Below, piece by piece: positions 30,768 to 41,133 of a stretch of DNA of 64,000 nucleotides. Numbering within the stretch: position 1 is the stretch's first letter; each line of letters begins with the position of its first letter. Both the position numbers and the translations under genes were made by a program. The stretch is from Campylobacterota bacterium (GTDB taxonomy: Bacteria; Campylobacterota; Campylobacteria; Campylobacterales; Sulfurimonadaceae). The stretch is taken from contig JAMCPS010000032.1 in assembly GCA_023379705.1 (NCBI GenBank), positions 10,090 through 74,089 on the forward strand. Direction: 5' to 3'. The notes under the pieces were generated by a model that worked only from the letters and a program-made list of their open reading frames with translations, did no database searches and was not told the origin of the DNA.

Positions 30768-32576
30768 ATGGATATCATCGCTATTAAACATAACGATCAG
30801 ATTTTTGATTTGCAAACTGCACAAAGCTTGGGGATTACGGGTGAAGAGATCGCTTTTGATAACTCTCCTGATTCACTTGAGATTATTCGTCACTCATGCG
30901 CTCATTTATTGGCAGAAGCGATTAAGTCACTCTATACCGATGCGAAATTTTTTGTAGGCCCTGTTGTAAAAGAGGGCTTTTACTACGATTTTAAAGTAAC
31001 TGAGCATTTGAGTGAGGACGACCTTAAGAGCATTGAAAAAAAGATGCTTGATATCGCCAAGACGAAAGAAAAGATTGAACGCTATGAAATCAGCAAAGAG
31101 GAAGCTCGTGGAAAGTTTGCTAATGACCATCTTAAGCAAGCGGTCATGGATCGTATTCCCAGTAATGAAATTTCTATTTACAAGCAGGGAAATTTCGAGG
31201 ACCTATGCCGCGGACCACACTTGCCAAATGTTGGTTTAATTCGCTATTTTAAATTGACAAAAATTTCAGGCGCTTATTTAGGCGGTGACAGTAAAAACGA
31301 AATGCTGACTCGTATTTATGGGATAGCATTTGCTGATAAAGAATCATTGAAAGCTCATCTTGAACAAGTAGCCCAAGCAGAAAAGCGTGATCATCGCAAA
31401 ATTGGAGCAGAGATGAAGCTCTTCACGTTCCGAGAGGAAGTAGGAGCGGGCTTTCCAATTTGGTTACCAGCAGGTGCGCGCATGCGTTCACGCTTGGAGC
31501 AATTATTGTTTAAAGCGCATCGAAAGCGTGGATATGAGCCGGTACGTGGTCCTGAGATGTTACGATCTGACCTTTGGAAGGTGAGTGGTCACTACCAAAA
31601 CTACGGCGAAAACATGTATTTTACCAATATCGATGAAATCGAATTTGGGGTCAAACCGATGAACTGTGTTGGCCATATCAAAGTCTATGAGCATGATTTG
31701 CATTCGTATCGGGATCTTCCGCTTAAATATTTTGAATATGGAATCGTTCACCGTCACGAAATGACGGGAGCATTGCATGGGTTGTTCCGCGTCCGTGAAT
31801 TTACGCAAGATGATGCCCATATTTTTTGTACAGCAGATCAGATTGAAGAGCAAATTATTGAGGTTGTCGATTTTGTTGACAAGATTATGAGCACTTTTGA
31901 GTTTAACTACAAGATGATGATCTCTACAAAACCTGAAAAAGCAGTTGGGGATGATACCGTTTGGGAAATCTCAACCAATGCGCTTAAAAATGCTATGGAC
32001 AAGAATAAGCTTCCTTATGAAATAGATGAGGGCGGCGGGGCATTTTACGGGCCTAAGATTGATATAAAAATTACTGATGCCATTGGACGTGAATGGCAGT
32101 GCGGGACAATTCAGCTTGATTTTAATCTTCCAGAGCGTTTTGAGCTTGAATATAATGGCGAAGAGAACGCTAAAATACAACCAGTTATGATTCATCGGGC
32201 AATTTTAGGTTCTTTTGAGCGTTTTATTGGTATATTGACGGAGCATTACGCTGGGGAATTCCCAATGTTTATTGCTCCAACGCAAGTGGCGATTGTTCCG
32301 ATTGCGGAAACTCATGTTGCTTACGCGCGTGAATTAGGGGATAAATTGATAGATATGGGTGCGGATTATGAGATTTTTGATAAAAATGACAGTCTCAATA
32401 AACGAATCCGTACAGCGGAAAAAGGTCGGGTTCCGATGATTATCGTCTTGGGCGATGAAGAAGTGAACTCTAAATGTGTTGCGGTGCGGGATCGTAGAAC
32501 GCGCGAACAATACAATCTTAGTGAGAGTGAATTTCTCACTTTGATCAAAGAAAAAATCAATGAGGTAAATTTTTGA
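30768..32576 (+). CDS. thrS: Threonine--tRNA ligase
   Basis: [36 protein letters not shown] and [11 protein letters not shown] motifs. Confidence 0.99.
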   Translation: MDIIAIKHNDQIFDLQTAQSLGITGEEIAFDNSPDSLEIIRHSCAHLLAEAIKSLYTDAKFFVGPVVKEGFYYDFKVTEHLSEDDLKSIEKKMLDIAKTKEKIERYEISKEEARGKFANDHLKQAVMDRIPSNEISIYKQGNFEDLCRGPHLPNVGLIRYFKLTKISGAYLGGDSKNEMLTRIYGIAFADKESLKAHLEQVAQAEKRDHRKIGAEMKLFTFREEVGAGFPIWLPAGARMRSRLEQLLFKAHRKRGYEPVRGPEMLRSDLWKVSGHYQNYGENMYFTNIDEIEFGVKPMNCVGHIKVYEHDLHSYRDLPLKYFEYGIVHRHEMTGALHGLFRVREFTQDDAHIFCTADQIEEQIIEVVDFVDKIMSTFEFNYKMMISTKPEKAVGDDTVWEISTNALKNAMDKNKLPYEIDEGGGAFYGPKIDIKITDAIGREWQCGTIQLDFNLPERFELEYNGEENAKIQPVMIHRAILGSFERFIGILTEHYAGEFPMFIAPTQVAIVPIAETHVAYARELGDKLIDMGADYEIFDKNDSLNKRIRTAEKGRVPMIIVLGDEEVNSKCVAVRDRRTREQYNLSESEFLTLIKEKINEVNF

Positions 32577-33103
32577 TTAAAAAACAAGACCGTGTCCAAA
32601 TGAATGAAGATATCAGAGTACCTGAGGTGCGCTGTGTTGTTGACGGTGGTGAAGCATTAGGCGTTGTATCGATTAAAGAGGCAATGGATAAAGCCAATGA
32701 GTTGGGACTTGATCTCGTACTAATCTCTCCAGATGCAAAGCCGCCGGTGGCAAAAATTATGGACTATGGTAAGTTTTATTACCAAGAAGAGAAAAAGAAA
32801 AAAGAAGCGCGTAAAAAACAAACTAAAATCGAAGTCAAAGAAATCAAGCTGTCGGTTAAGATTGCTGATAATGACGTCGGTTATAAAGTTAAGCATGCGC
32901 GTGAGTTCTTAGAAGAGGGCAAGCACGTTCACTTTCGTGTTTTCTTGCGAGGACGTGAAATGGCACATCCAGAATCAGCAGTTGCTGTTTTACAGCGTGT
33001 TTGGCCTATGGTTGAAGACATTGGTACAATGTACAAAGCACCTGCTATGGAAGGTCGTTATTGCAACATGATGATTCTTCCGAAAAAAGACGAGAAAAAG
33101 TAA
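32573..33103 (+). CDS. infC: Translation initiation factor IF-3 (non-ATG start, TTG or the adjacent ATT)
   Basis: [30 protein letters not shown] and KEIKL...RGRE. Located between thrS and rpmI. Confidence 0.97.
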   Translation: MIKKQDRVQMNEDIRVPEVRCVVDGGEALGVVSIKEAMDKANELGLDLVLISPDAKPPVAKIMDYGKFYYQEEKKKKEARKKQTKIEVKEIKLSVKIADNDVGYKVKHAREFLEEGKHVHFRVFLRGREMAHPESAVAVLQRVWPMVEDIGTMYKAPAMEGRYCNMMILPKKDEKK

Positions 33104-33119
33104 GCTATTTATTTCAGCA

Positions 33120-33186
33120 CCAAAGGAATCAAATCCCTTTGGCTGCGCTTGCCGCTATGGCACTAAAGCTTGCCTCGTTCGAGGCA
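33120..33186. repeat. Short double-hairpin intergenic element (REP/BIME-like), copy 2; may also terminate infC
   Basis: CCAAAGG-N9-CCTTTGG, then CTGCGCT, then TGCCTCG-TT-CGAGGCA. Confidence 0.45.
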
Positions 33187-33279
33187 GAATTCCCCCCTGT
33201 ACATTCTTTTAATCATTAAAAGCTTATTTATGGTATAATCCGCGTCTCGTTTAGAGAATTTTTGCAAAGGATCAAGTCG

Positions 33280-33474
33280 ATGCCAAAAATGAAATCGGTT
33301 AAAGGGGCGGTTAAACGCTTCAAAATTAAGAAAAATGGCACTGTCAAACGTGGTACTGCATTTCGTAGCCATATTTTGACTAAACAAGATGCTGGAACAA
33401 GACGCGGACAAAACACTCCTAAAGTGGTTGCTGCAGTCGATGTTAAAAACATCAAAAAGATGATCGTAGGCTAA
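33280..33474 (+). CDS. rpmI: 50S ribosomal protein L35
   Basis: MPKMKS.KGA.KRF...G.VK...A..SHILTK. Own -10 TGGTATAAT at about 33231-33239. Confidence 0.97.
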   Translation: MPKMKSVKGAVKRFKIKKNGTVKRGTAFRSHILTKQDAGTRRGQNTPKVVAAVDVKNIKKMIVG

Positions 33475-33495
33475 TCGCCAACAATCAATTAACTC

Positions 33496-33569
33496 TCCAG
33501 ATTAGTCTGGGCAAGTCCGCAAAGCGGCACCCACTCATTAAATTTGAAATGAACCGGGTAAAGAAAGGA
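33496..33569 (+). ncRNA. Candidate structured rplT leader (three hairpins before the SD)
   Basis: CCAGA-TTAG-TCTGG, GCAAGT, CCGC-AAA-GCGG and ACCC..TCATT-N8-AATGA..GGGT, then AAAG and the SD. Confidence 0.45.
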
Positions 33570-33574
33570 AAAAT

Positions 33575-33928
33575 ATGCCAAGAGTAAAAACAGGTGTCGT
33601 AAGACACAGACGTCATAAGAAAGTCTTGAAGCTTGCACGTGGTTTCTACAGTGGAAGACGTAAGCACTTCCGTAAAGCGAAAGAGCAATTAGAGCGTAGT
33701 ATGCAGTACGCGTTCCGCGATCGTAAGCAGAAGAAGCGTGAATTCCGTAAATTGTGGATTATCCGTATTAATGCGGCATGCCGTTTAAATGGTATGAACT
33801 ACTCAAACTTCATGAACGGCCTTAAGCGTGCCAACATCGAACTTGATCGCAAAATTCTTGCTGATATGGCAATGAATGACGCTAATGCTTTCACAGCACT
33901 AACGGCACTTTCCAAAGCAGCACTCTAA
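33575..33928 (+). CDS. rplT: 50S ribosomal protein L20
   Basis: MPRVK.G...[31 protein letters not shown] and LDRKILA. Confidence 0.99.
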   Translation: MPRVKTGVVRHRRHKKVLKLARGFYSGRRKHFRKAKEQLERSMQYAFRDRKQKKREFRKLWIIRINAACRLNGMNYSNFMNGLKRANIELDRKILADMAMNDANAFTALTALSKAAL

Positions 33929-33947
33929 GAAGAAAGACCCTCGGGTC

Positions 33948-34214
33948 TTATTCTTTTTCCTCTTCTTTTAGAATCTTATATCCTTTTTTCTCTAGACACT
34001 CTTTGCATTCAATTGTTATTGTTGGAAAAGACGCTTTATCAGCCTCTTTAAGATCGTAATAGCGGCACGCGCTAAGATCAGCTTTGATATGCACATCATC
34101 ACGACCTACGGGACAAATCATCTTATTAAACGTTAATTGCTTCTCAGCGCATCCAGAGATGCCAAGAGCAAGTGTGGTGCTTATTAAAGCAATATTGAGG
34201 AGTGATTTAGTCAT
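33948..34214 (-). CDS. Small Cys-containing lipoprotein
   Basis: True start ATG 34214 overlaps the thyX stop. Lipobox ISGC, plus further Cys residues (CP, CRYY, CKEC). Confidence 0.7.
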   Translation of the reverse strand: MTKSLLNIALISTTLALGISGCAEKQLTFNKMICPVGRDDVHIKADLSACRYYDLKEADKASFPTITIECKECLEKKGYKILKEEEKE

Positions 34215-34833
34215 GGGTAATTTCCTTGAGAGAGTTTTCGAAAAGATAACGATGGTCGCTTGGGAGTGTTTCAAAAACCAGATTGGCAAGATCACGTATT
34301 TCCCATAGCGCTGCTTTATCACTACGCAATGAGATAAAGTTCTGAAGACTTCTGGCATTGATGGTCCAAGTTAGTTCTGTTTTATAGCTTTCAGGGAGAC
34401 AATACTTTGCTTTGTCATTGCTGATACCTGCAACCAATACGGTCCTAAGGTTCTCTAATGCACGTATGCTCATTTCATCAACGATATCAACACCGGTCAT
34501 CACCAAATACTTCTCGGCACGTGATTTGTCACTAAGAGTAAAGGCGTTTTCGTCTTTTAGTTCTTTGAGTGTATAGCGGGTACTTTTGACAGATAAAGAT
34601 GCCATGCGGTGACGGGCTAGCTCTTGGAGCAATGCACGGCTGATCCCCTCAAGGTAAAAACTGTACACAAGGTGCTCAAGAGTAGATGCATGTTTGAATT
34701 TATTACCGACGCGATCAATGAGTGCTCGATCTTTTTCTCCGCCATTATCACTGTTGTCAAAACTTTGCCAACAAGTGCGAATTGCATCGGAACAAACAAC
34801 CAATGGAGTATAGTGATTAAGGGTTACTTTCAT
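34207..34833 (-). CDS. thyX: Flavin-dependent thymidylate synthase
   Basis: H.S.LEH, SR....ELARHRMASLSVKSTRY (RHRx7S) and N.RSL.NF..LR. Confidence 0.97.
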   Translation of the reverse strand: MKVTLNHYTPLVVCSDAIRTCWQSFDNSDNGGEKDRALIDRVGNKFKHASTLEHLVYSFYLEGISRALLQELARHRMASLSVKSTRYTLKELKDENAFTLSDKSRAEKYLVMTGVDIVDEMSIRALENLRTVLVAGISNDKAKYCLPESYKTELTWTINARSLQNFISLRSDKAALWEIRDLANLVFETLPSDHRYLFENSLKEITHD

Positions 34834-34881
34834 AATAAGTCTTTAGCAGTAGATAGGAGAGAGTATAACGAAGAGAATTGT

Positions 34882-34904
34882 AAAAGACGCTAAAAGCGTC
34901 TTTT
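34882..34904. terminator. Intrinsic terminator after rnj
   Basis: aaaagacgct-aaa-agcgtctttt, a perfect hairpin with A/T tails. Confidence 0.65.
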
Positions 34905-37020
34905 ACATCACGAAAACGTGAGGAACGATAAGTGGGTATTTCTTCATTTTGCGGTAAATGTGTTTTCGAACAACTTGACGTAAGTCATTTTCAAGCGCTT
35001 TTGGATTTTCAATAAGCCCAGGCTTAAGATTCAAAAGGAAATGCTCTAATACATCTTCCATCTCTGCTGCAAAGGCTTTATCATTGCGATCAGCTACGAG
35101 ACCAAAGCTCGTAACAAGAGGTTTTGATAAAAGGCGTGAATCGGCAGTACTGACTTGTGCAACAAGAACCACCATCCCCTCACTTGCCATTTTCTGACGA
35201 TCGATGACGATGTCATCTTCGATTTGGTGATTGTTTTGGTTGTCGATATAGGTCTTGCCAGTTTTAACCGTTTTAGACTTACGCATCATTTTACTGCTGA
35301 CTTCCATACAGTCCCCATCACTCATGAGGAGAATATTGCGCTCAGGAACACCACAAGCAATTGCCGTTTCGCGGTGCTTCATGATGTGGTTGTATTCACC
35401 GTGAATTGGGAGGAAGAACTTTGGATTCGTGAGACGAAGCATAAGTTTTTGCTCTTCCATGCTTGCGTGACCCGATACGTGTATATCACGGTCATTGGCA
35501 ACACGTGCACCTGCGCGTTGAAGATAGTTGAGCATTCCCGAAATTGATCCTTCATTACCCGGAATTGCACGAGCAGAGAGAACGATCAAGTCGGTCGGTT
35601 TGATTTTGATATGGCGATGCTCACCAATGGCCATACGAAACAGTGCTGAACTTGGTTCGCCTTGACTTCCGGTGGTGATGATTAGGACGTCTTTATCGTT
35701 CATACGATTTGCTTCTTCGGCATCCACAAAAATGTTCTTAGGAAGTTTGATGTATTCATACTGCATAGCGATTTCAAGATTACGCTCCATTGAACGTCCG
35801 ATAACACAGATCTTGCGATTGCATTTCATACCGTATTGAATTGCTTGGTAAACACGATGAATATTTGAACTGAAGGTTGACATAATAATACGTCCCTCAG
35901 CTTTTGAAAAAATACGGTCAAAGCCGGGAGCAACAGCGAGCTCGCTTGGTGTCCATTCTTTGTTATAGGAATTGGTAGAGTCACTCATGAGACACAAAAC
36001 ACCTTTTTCGCCATAGTGCGCAAGTCGGTGAATGTCTGCAGTATAGCCATCAACGGGAGTGAAATCGATTTTAAAGTCACCGGTATGGATAACGGTTCCT
36101 GCTTTGGTGGTGATTGCCAATGAACTGGAATCGATAATGGAGTGAGTCATGTGCATCCACTCAATATCAAAGTCATTACCGATACGGTACACTTCTCTTT
36201 TGACAATCGGATTAAAATAGCGGCGGAAATCACGCATGTGATGCTCGTCGAATTTGTTACCGATCATGGCAAGAGGAAGAGGTGTTCCATAAATTGGGAA
36301 TTGCATCTCTTTAAAAAGATAGGGTACCGCTCCAATGTGGTCTTCGTGTGCGTGAGTGATAATGATGGCCACAATCTTTTTGCGGATTTCGCGTAAGTAG
36401 GTAAAATCAGGCACAAGGATGTCAACACCGTGCATCTCCTCATCGGGAAAGCTCATTCCGACATCGATAATGATTGCTTCATTTTCGGTTTCAATAACCG
36501 TAATGTTTCCACCGATTTCACCTAATCCGCCCAATGGGGTGATTTTAATTTTTTCATTGTTATCTAAATTGAGTTTTAGATGCGGATTGAGACGATTTTT
36601 ATGTACTTCTTGATTTTTTAATACGAAATCGCGTAAATTTGTGTCGATTGGCGCACTTCCTGAGCCACGGCGACCACCGCGACCGCCGCTACTGCGTTGC
36701 GGGCGTGCATTGTTTTCACTCTCGGTGGATAAATCGGTAGCGCTATCGCTTGGGGCAGGATTGCGAATCAAATGATTGGTGCGAGGGGGCTGGTTATCAT
36801 TGCGTGCAGGACGATTGTCGGTACGAGGAGGACGATTGTCTTGTCTTGGCGGACGGTTGTCCTGAGCCCCTCTTGGCACACTTGCTTCACCGCTTCCATC
36901 TGGGCGTGGATTGTTGTTTCTTGGTCTAAAAGGTCTTCGATTGTCGTTACGTGGAGGGCGATTCTCACCTTGAGAACGGCTGTCTGTTTGTGCTTGAGAT
37001 TCTGTATTTTCGTCTGCCAT
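34903..37020 (-). CDS. rnj: Ribonuclease J with long disordered N-terminal extension
   Basis: PLGGLGEIG, THAHEDHIG, HTGDFKID, TGSQGEP, HVSGHA and PIHGE motifs. Confidence 0.97.
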   Translation of the reverse strand: MADENTESQAQTDSRSQGENRPPRNDNRRPFRPRNNNPRPDGSGEASVPRGAQDNRPPRQDNRPPRTDNRPARNDNQPPRTNHLIRNPAPSDSATDLSTESENNARPQRSSGGRGGRRGSGSAPIDTNLRDFVLKNQEVHKNRLNPHLKLNLDNNEKIKITPLGGLGEIGGNITVIETENEAIIIDVGMSFPDEEMHGVDILVPDFTYLREIRKKIVAIIITHAHEDHIGAVPYLFKEMQFPIYGTPLPLAMIGNKFDEHHMRDFRRYFNPIVKREVYRIGNDFDIEWMHMTHSIIDSSSLAITTKAGTVIHTGDFKIDFTPVDGYTADIHRLAHYGEKGVLCLMSDSTNSYNKEWTPSELAVAPGFDRIFSKAEGRIIMSTFSSNIHRVYQAIQYGMKCNRKICVIGRSMERNLEIAMQYEYIKLPKNIFVDAEEANRMNDKDVLIITTGSQGEPSSALFRMAIGEHRHIKIKPTDLIVLSARAIPGNEGSISGMLNYLQRAGARVANDRDIHVSGHASMEEQKLMLRLTNPKFFLPIHGEYNHIMKHRETAIACGVPERNILLMSDGDCMEVSSKMMRKSKTVKTGKTYIDNQNNHQIEDDIVIDRQKMASEGMVVLVAQVSTADSRLLSKPLVTSFGLVADRNDKAFAAEMEDVLEHFLLNLKPGLIENPKALENDLRQVVRKHIYRKMKKYPLIVPHVFVM

Positions 37021-37111
37021 GGTAATCCTTTATTAAATTATTGGTTGTATTTGTACATGAATATGTAAATTTTTTACGATCGATACTACGACTTTTTTAG
37101 TCAAAAAATGA

Positions 37112-37888
37112 CTATTGTAATAGGGCGTAGAGTCGGTGAAAGTCAGAGGTGCTAAGCTGATGAGGTCGGATGGTGCGTTCAAGGTCAAGCGTTTCAAAGG
37201 CTTGCGTTATAACGGTTCCATCATAGCGTGCAGTGAGATTTTTGTAAAGCGTTTTACGAGGTTGTGTAAACGCTACGCGCAGCATTTCCTCAAATTCTTC
37301 ATCATTACGATTCGCCGTTTTTCGAATGAGCAGTACGGCAGAATCGACTTTTGGAGCGGGCTCAAACGCAGTAGGCGGAACATGGAGGACGATTTCGACA
37401 TCTGCCACGCTCTGTGTTATTACGCTAAGAGCCCCAAAAGCTCTCTCATTGGGTGCAGCGGAAAATTTTTCCGCTACTTCACGCTGAATCATGACAAGCA
37501 TATTTTTACACGCCGGATCGGCGAGGGCTTTTAATATGATGTTCGTTGCGATGTAATAGGGCAAATTTGCCACTAGATCGTACGGTTCATCCAAAAGCTC
37601 ACTCTTCCAAGTTTCCAACACATCCCCGCATCGGAGTGTGAGTTTACTGGTAGCGATGGCATCGGCAAATTGGTGCTGTAAATGCTTGCACAAGTCGGTA
37701 TCGACCTCAAAAGCGGTGACACTTTTGACATCAACTAAAAATTTAGTTAAATCACCTAATCCAGGCCCGATCTCCGCAATGCGGTTAGAGGTAAGGGGCA
37801 TCGATTGGATGATTTGGGCAACAACGCTCTCGTCACGTAAAAAATTCTGACCAAATCTTTTCTTGGCTATCGTGGCACGGTTCTGCAT
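37112..37888 (-). CDS. rsmA: 16S rRNA m6,6A dimethyltransferase (KsgA)
   Basis: KKRFGQNFL, EIGPG.G, ANLPYYI and F.P.PKVDSAV motifs. Confidence 0.97.
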   Translation of the reverse strand: MQNRATIAKKRFGQNFLRDESVVAQIIQSMPLTSNRIAEIGPGLGDLTKFLVDVKSVTAFEVDTDLCKHLQHQFADAIATSKLTLRCGDVLETWKSELLDEPYDLVANLPYYIATNIILKALADPACKNMLVMIQREVAEKFSAAPNERAFGALSVITQSVADVEIVLHVPPTAFEPAPKVDSAVLLIRKTANRNDEEFEEMLRVAFTQPRKTLYKNLTARYDGTVITQAFETLDLERTIRPHQLSTSDFHRLYALLQ

Positions 37889-37988
37889 TCTTTGGAGTAT
37901 ACCCTACAAAGTCTAAATATAAAAGTAAATAAATAAATTAGTGAAGAGGCGATATACTATTAGCATTACAGTAGAAGATAGGAAAAGT

Positions 37989-38747
37989 ATGGAATATTTT
38001 GCTAAACGGATTATCCCCTGTTTGGACGTCAAAGACGGCCGCGTAGTAAAGGGTGTTAATTTTGTCGGGCTAAAAGATGCAGGAGATCCTGTTGAAGTCG
38101 CCAAACGCTACAACGATGAGGGAGCCGACGAGCTCACTTTTTTAGATATTACGGCATCGCATGAACAACGCGATACGATCGTCCATATTGTCGAACAAGT
38201 GGCGCGTGAAGTGTTTATCCCATTGACTGTTGGCGGTGGAATACGTGAGCTTAATGATATTTACCGTTTATTAAATGTTGGATGTGACAAAGTGAGTATC
38301 AATTCTGCCGCGATTAAACGTCCTGAGTTTATCAATGAGGGTGCAAAGCGTTTTGGAGCACAGTGCATCGTCGTCGCGATTGATGTTAAACGGACAGGTG
38401 ATCAGTGGAATGTCTATCTCAACGGCGGTCGTGTCGATACGGGGATTAATGCGCTTGAATGGGCAAAAGAGGTCGTTGATCGCGGGGCAGGTGAAATATT
38501 GCTAACCTCAATGGATGCTGATGGTACCAAAGCCGGTTTTGATCTCTCTATCACGCAGCAAATTAGTCATGCAGTCAATGTCCCTGTGATCGCCAGCGGA
38601 GGCGCGGGAACGATGGAACATATCAAAGAAGCGTTTGAACATGGAGCGGATGCGGCACTGGCGGCCAGTATTTTTCACTACAAAGAGATCGATATTATGG
38701 ATCTCAAACGCTATTTACGTGACAACGGGATTGCGGTGCGGTTATGA
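37989..38747 (+). CDS. hisF: Imidazole glycerol phosphate synthase cyclase subunit
   Basis: [25 protein letters not shown] and [14 protein letters not shown]. Start trimmed to ATG 37989. Confidence 0.98.
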   Translation: MEYFAKRIIPCLDVKDGRVVKGVNFVGLKDAGDPVEVAKRYNDEGADELTFLDITASHEQRDTIVHIVEQVAREVFIPLTVGGGIRELNDIYRLLNVGCDKVSINSAAIKRPEFINEGAKRFGAQCIVVAIDVKRTGDQWNVYLNGGRVDTGINALEWAKEVVDRGAGEILLTSMDADGTKAGFDLSITQQISHAVNVPVIASGGAGTMEHIKEAFEHGADAALAASIFHYKEIDIMDLKRYLRDNGIAVRL

Positions 38748-39280
38748 TTTTATGCGCAGGCAATAACGAAACGTTTGATTTTGCAACCCCGATCGGGGTT
38801 GGTTTGGTGGACAGTGCGATGAGTTTGACCCGTATTTGTCTAACTGACAAACCCGAATTTATCTTGTTTGTTGGGAGTGCGGGCAGTTACGGTACCTATA
38901 ACATACATGATATTGTGGAGTCTAAAACAGCGGCTAACATCGAGTTGGGGTTTTTGGACAAAAATGCTTATACACCGATTGATAACGTCATTTCGGCACA
39001 AACAGAAAATATCCAAGATGTTATTGTTAATTCCTCTAACTACATCACAACAAGTGAGCGTGCGATGAAACAAATGAGAGCACTTGGGATGGGGATTGAA
39101 AACATGGAGTTTTTTGCCGTTATGCGTGTGGCACAAGTGTTTGGGATTCCTGCCGGGGGTGTTTTTTGCATTACTAACCATTGTGATACTCATGCGCATC
39201 GGGATTTTATTGCCAACCATGGATTTGCAAAAGTGTTGTTAAAAGCCCATTTGGAAGAGAAAGGAATCCTTCGTGGGTAA
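38744..39280 (+). CDS. Nucleoside phosphorylase family protein (PNP/UDP/MTA-SAH nucleosidase superfamily)
   Basis: [17 protein letters not shown] and TN.C..AH motifs. Confidence 0.8.
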   Translation: MILCAGNNETFDFATPIGVGLVDSAMSLTRICLTDKPEFILFVGSAGSYGTYNIHDIVESKTAANIELGFLDKNAYTPIDNVISAQTENIQDVIVNSSNYITTSERAMKQMRALGMGIENMEFFAVMRVAQVFGIPAGGVFCITNHCDTHAHRDFIANHGFAKVLLKAHLEEKGILRG

Positions 39281-40349
39281 GTTGTGTCTACTGGACTACA
39301 CCAAAGCGGAACTCTCGTCCATGGTGAAACCTTCGTTTCGAGCTAAACAGATCTGGAACTGGGTCTATCATCAGTATGCAATCAGTTTTGAACAGATGCA
39401 AAATCTCCCAAAGGCGATGCGCGAAGAATTGACCAACACCTATGAGATTATGCCCTTAAAAATAGCGCGTAAAGAGTGCTCGAGTGACGGGACCATCAAA
39501 TATCTTTTTGAACTACAAGATGGAAAGACCATTGAAACCGTATGGCTGAAGATGAAAGATGAGTCCATCGATGATGAAGGAAATATTGAGCATGAAGCCC
39601 GTTTTACGGTGTGTGTTTCGACACAAGTGGGTTGCAAGGTAGGGTGTTCGTTTTGTCTGACAGCCAAAGGTGGCTTTACGAGAGATCTCAGTGCCGGAGA
39701 GATTGTGGCGCAGGTCCTGGCGGTTAAGATAGACAATAACCTCGCGGCACATCGACGGCTGAATATTGTTTACATGGGGATGGGTGAACCGCTGGATAAT
39801 CTGGAGAATTTGGCCAAAGCGATCACGATTTTCAAAGACGAAGATGGGTTGAGTATCTCAGGCAAACGTCAAACGGTTTCTACGAGTGGATTGAGTACGA
39901 AAATCGATAAGCTGGGTGAAATGGATTTGGGTGTTCACATCGCTATAAGTCTTCATGCAGTGGATGATGAATTACGCAGTGAGCTCATTCCCATGAACAA
40001 GGCGTACAATATTGCTTCGATTATTGATGCGGTTAAACGGTTTCCCATCGATACGCGAAAACGGGTAATGTTTGAATACCTCGTGATTAAAAACAAAAAT
40101 GACGATCTGGTCTCAGCCAAAAAGCTCGTCAAACTGTTACACGGGATCAAGGCCAAAGTAAATCTCATCTTTTTTAACCCGTATCCCGGGAGCGATTATG
40201 AGCGTCCGACGCGTGCCGATATGACGAAGTTTCGTGATTATTTGGAAGCACACGGTGTTTTGTGCACGATACGCGACTCTAAGGGACTGGATATCAGTGC
40301 TGCATGCGGTCAACTAAAAGAAAAAGAGCTAAGCGAGGTTATGCTATGA
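39273..40349 (+). CDS. rlmN: Dual-specificity RNA m2A methyltransferase RlmN
   Basis: [15 protein letters not shown] (radical SAM), MGMGEPL, SLHA and DI.AACGQL. Confidence 0.97.
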   Translation: MGKLCLLDYTKAELSSMVKPSFRAKQIWNWVYHQYAISFEQMQNLPKAMREELTNTYEIMPLKIARKECSSDGTIKYLFELQDGKTIETVWLKMKDESIDDEGNIEHEARFTVCVSTQVGCKVGCSFCLTAKGGFTRDLSAGEIVAQVLAVKIDNNLAAHRRLNIVYMGMGEPLDNLENLAKAITIFKDEDGLSISGKRQTVSTSGLSTKIDKLGEMDLGVHIAISLHAVDDELRSELIPMNKAYNIASIIDAVKRFPIDTRKRVMFEYLVIKNKNDDLVSAKKLVKLLHGIKAKVNLIFFNPYPGSDYERPTRADMTKFRDYLEAHGVLCTIRDSKGLDISAACGQLKEKELSEVML

Positions 40350-40429
40350 CACCTGTTGATTGGTTTCAAGTTGGATTTATAGTCGTTATTGTGAGCGGAT
40401 TTGGGTGGGTTGCATTGAAGAAAGACTAA
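40346..40429 (+). CDS. Small single-TM protein (27 aa: [27 protein letters not shown])
   Basis: Below the ORF-track cutoff. ATGA overlap with the rlmN stop, SD GAGGT 6 nt upstream, one TM helix followed by KK, and it ends within the terminator hairpin. Confidence 0.6.
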   Translation: MTPVDWFQVGFIVVIVSGFGWVALKKD

Positions 40430-40439
40430 AAGTCTTTCT
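40419..40439. terminator. Bidirectional terminator hairpin
   Basis: agaaagact-aaa-agtctttct between convergent genes. Confidence 0.6.
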
Positions 40440-41133
40440 ACCAACTGTATTTTATCATTGCCTGAAAAACATCGTTGTCTTGATGGTAAGTATTTTCATG
40501 ATAGTAGTGCCACTCGGTGCCTACTTCTAATTTCCCTGTTGTTATTCCTACTGTCGGGGCGAGATCAAATAAAAGCTGATTTTGAGTGATAAAGTCGATG
40601 GTTGTCCAGTCGCTGAACCCCTCAAAGTGCCATCTGTGAATAATGGGAACGTAATAGTTGGCTGTAAGCTGATACGTATCATCGCCTATATTGTGTACTT
40701 TTCGATAGAGGTTGAGACCAAATACCGCAAATCCAGGGATATTGAGATCGACCCCAGCCCCATACAACCATGCTCGGTAGGTATCTGATCGATTGTATTG
40801 CCCCGCTATGTACCACTCTTTGATTATTCCATCAGACGTTGAAGTATTGGTGAGTTTATTGAGGCTAATACGAGGAGATATTTCACCGTAAAGAGCATTC
40901 TTTCGATTGGTAAACTGCAGTCCCTTTTTTGCATAGGCATAATCAGTAAACATAAATAAATCACCATAGTCCCATGTACGATAGTGCTGTGCGGTTATGG
41001 TTTGCTTGTTCCCATCTTGAGTATCTAAAAAGGTAGGTCCTTTGAAGTTACCATCGAGGAGGTGAATCTCACTGCTTGAAAATGCACAGAGGTGTGAGGA
41101 GAGTAGTATGGATGTGAGTAAAAGTTTTTTCAT
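40438..41133 (-). CDS. Tsx/OmpK-like outer-membrane channel
   Basis: Signal peptide, H...W.YGDLFMF.D, YGEISPRISL, G.GVD...PGF..F..N.Y, FEGF.DW, Q.QL.FD, VG.EW.Y and a terminal aromatic residue (W). Confidence 0.8.
   Translation of the reverse strand: MKKLLLTSILLSSHLCAFSSSEIHLLDGNFKGPTFLDTQDGNKQTITAQHYRTWDYGDLFMFTDYAYAKKGLQFTNRKNALYGEISPRISLNKLTNTSTSDGIIKEWYIAGQYNRSDTYRAWLYGAGVDLNIPGFAVFGLNLYRKVHNIGDDTYQLTANYYVPIIHRWHFEGFSDWTTIDFITQNQLLFDLAPTVGITTGKLEVGTEWHYYHENTYHQDNDVFQAMIKYSW

Noticed and set aside
32573-32578. Non-ATG start of infC as a novelty
   Set aside because: Non-canonical infC starts (ATT/TTG) are a well-known autoregulatory feature.
36780-36865. 21-bp periodic repeats as a CRISPR array or VNTR
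   Set aside because: The repeats are degenerate, in-frame within rnj and without spacers, and there are no cas genes in the window.
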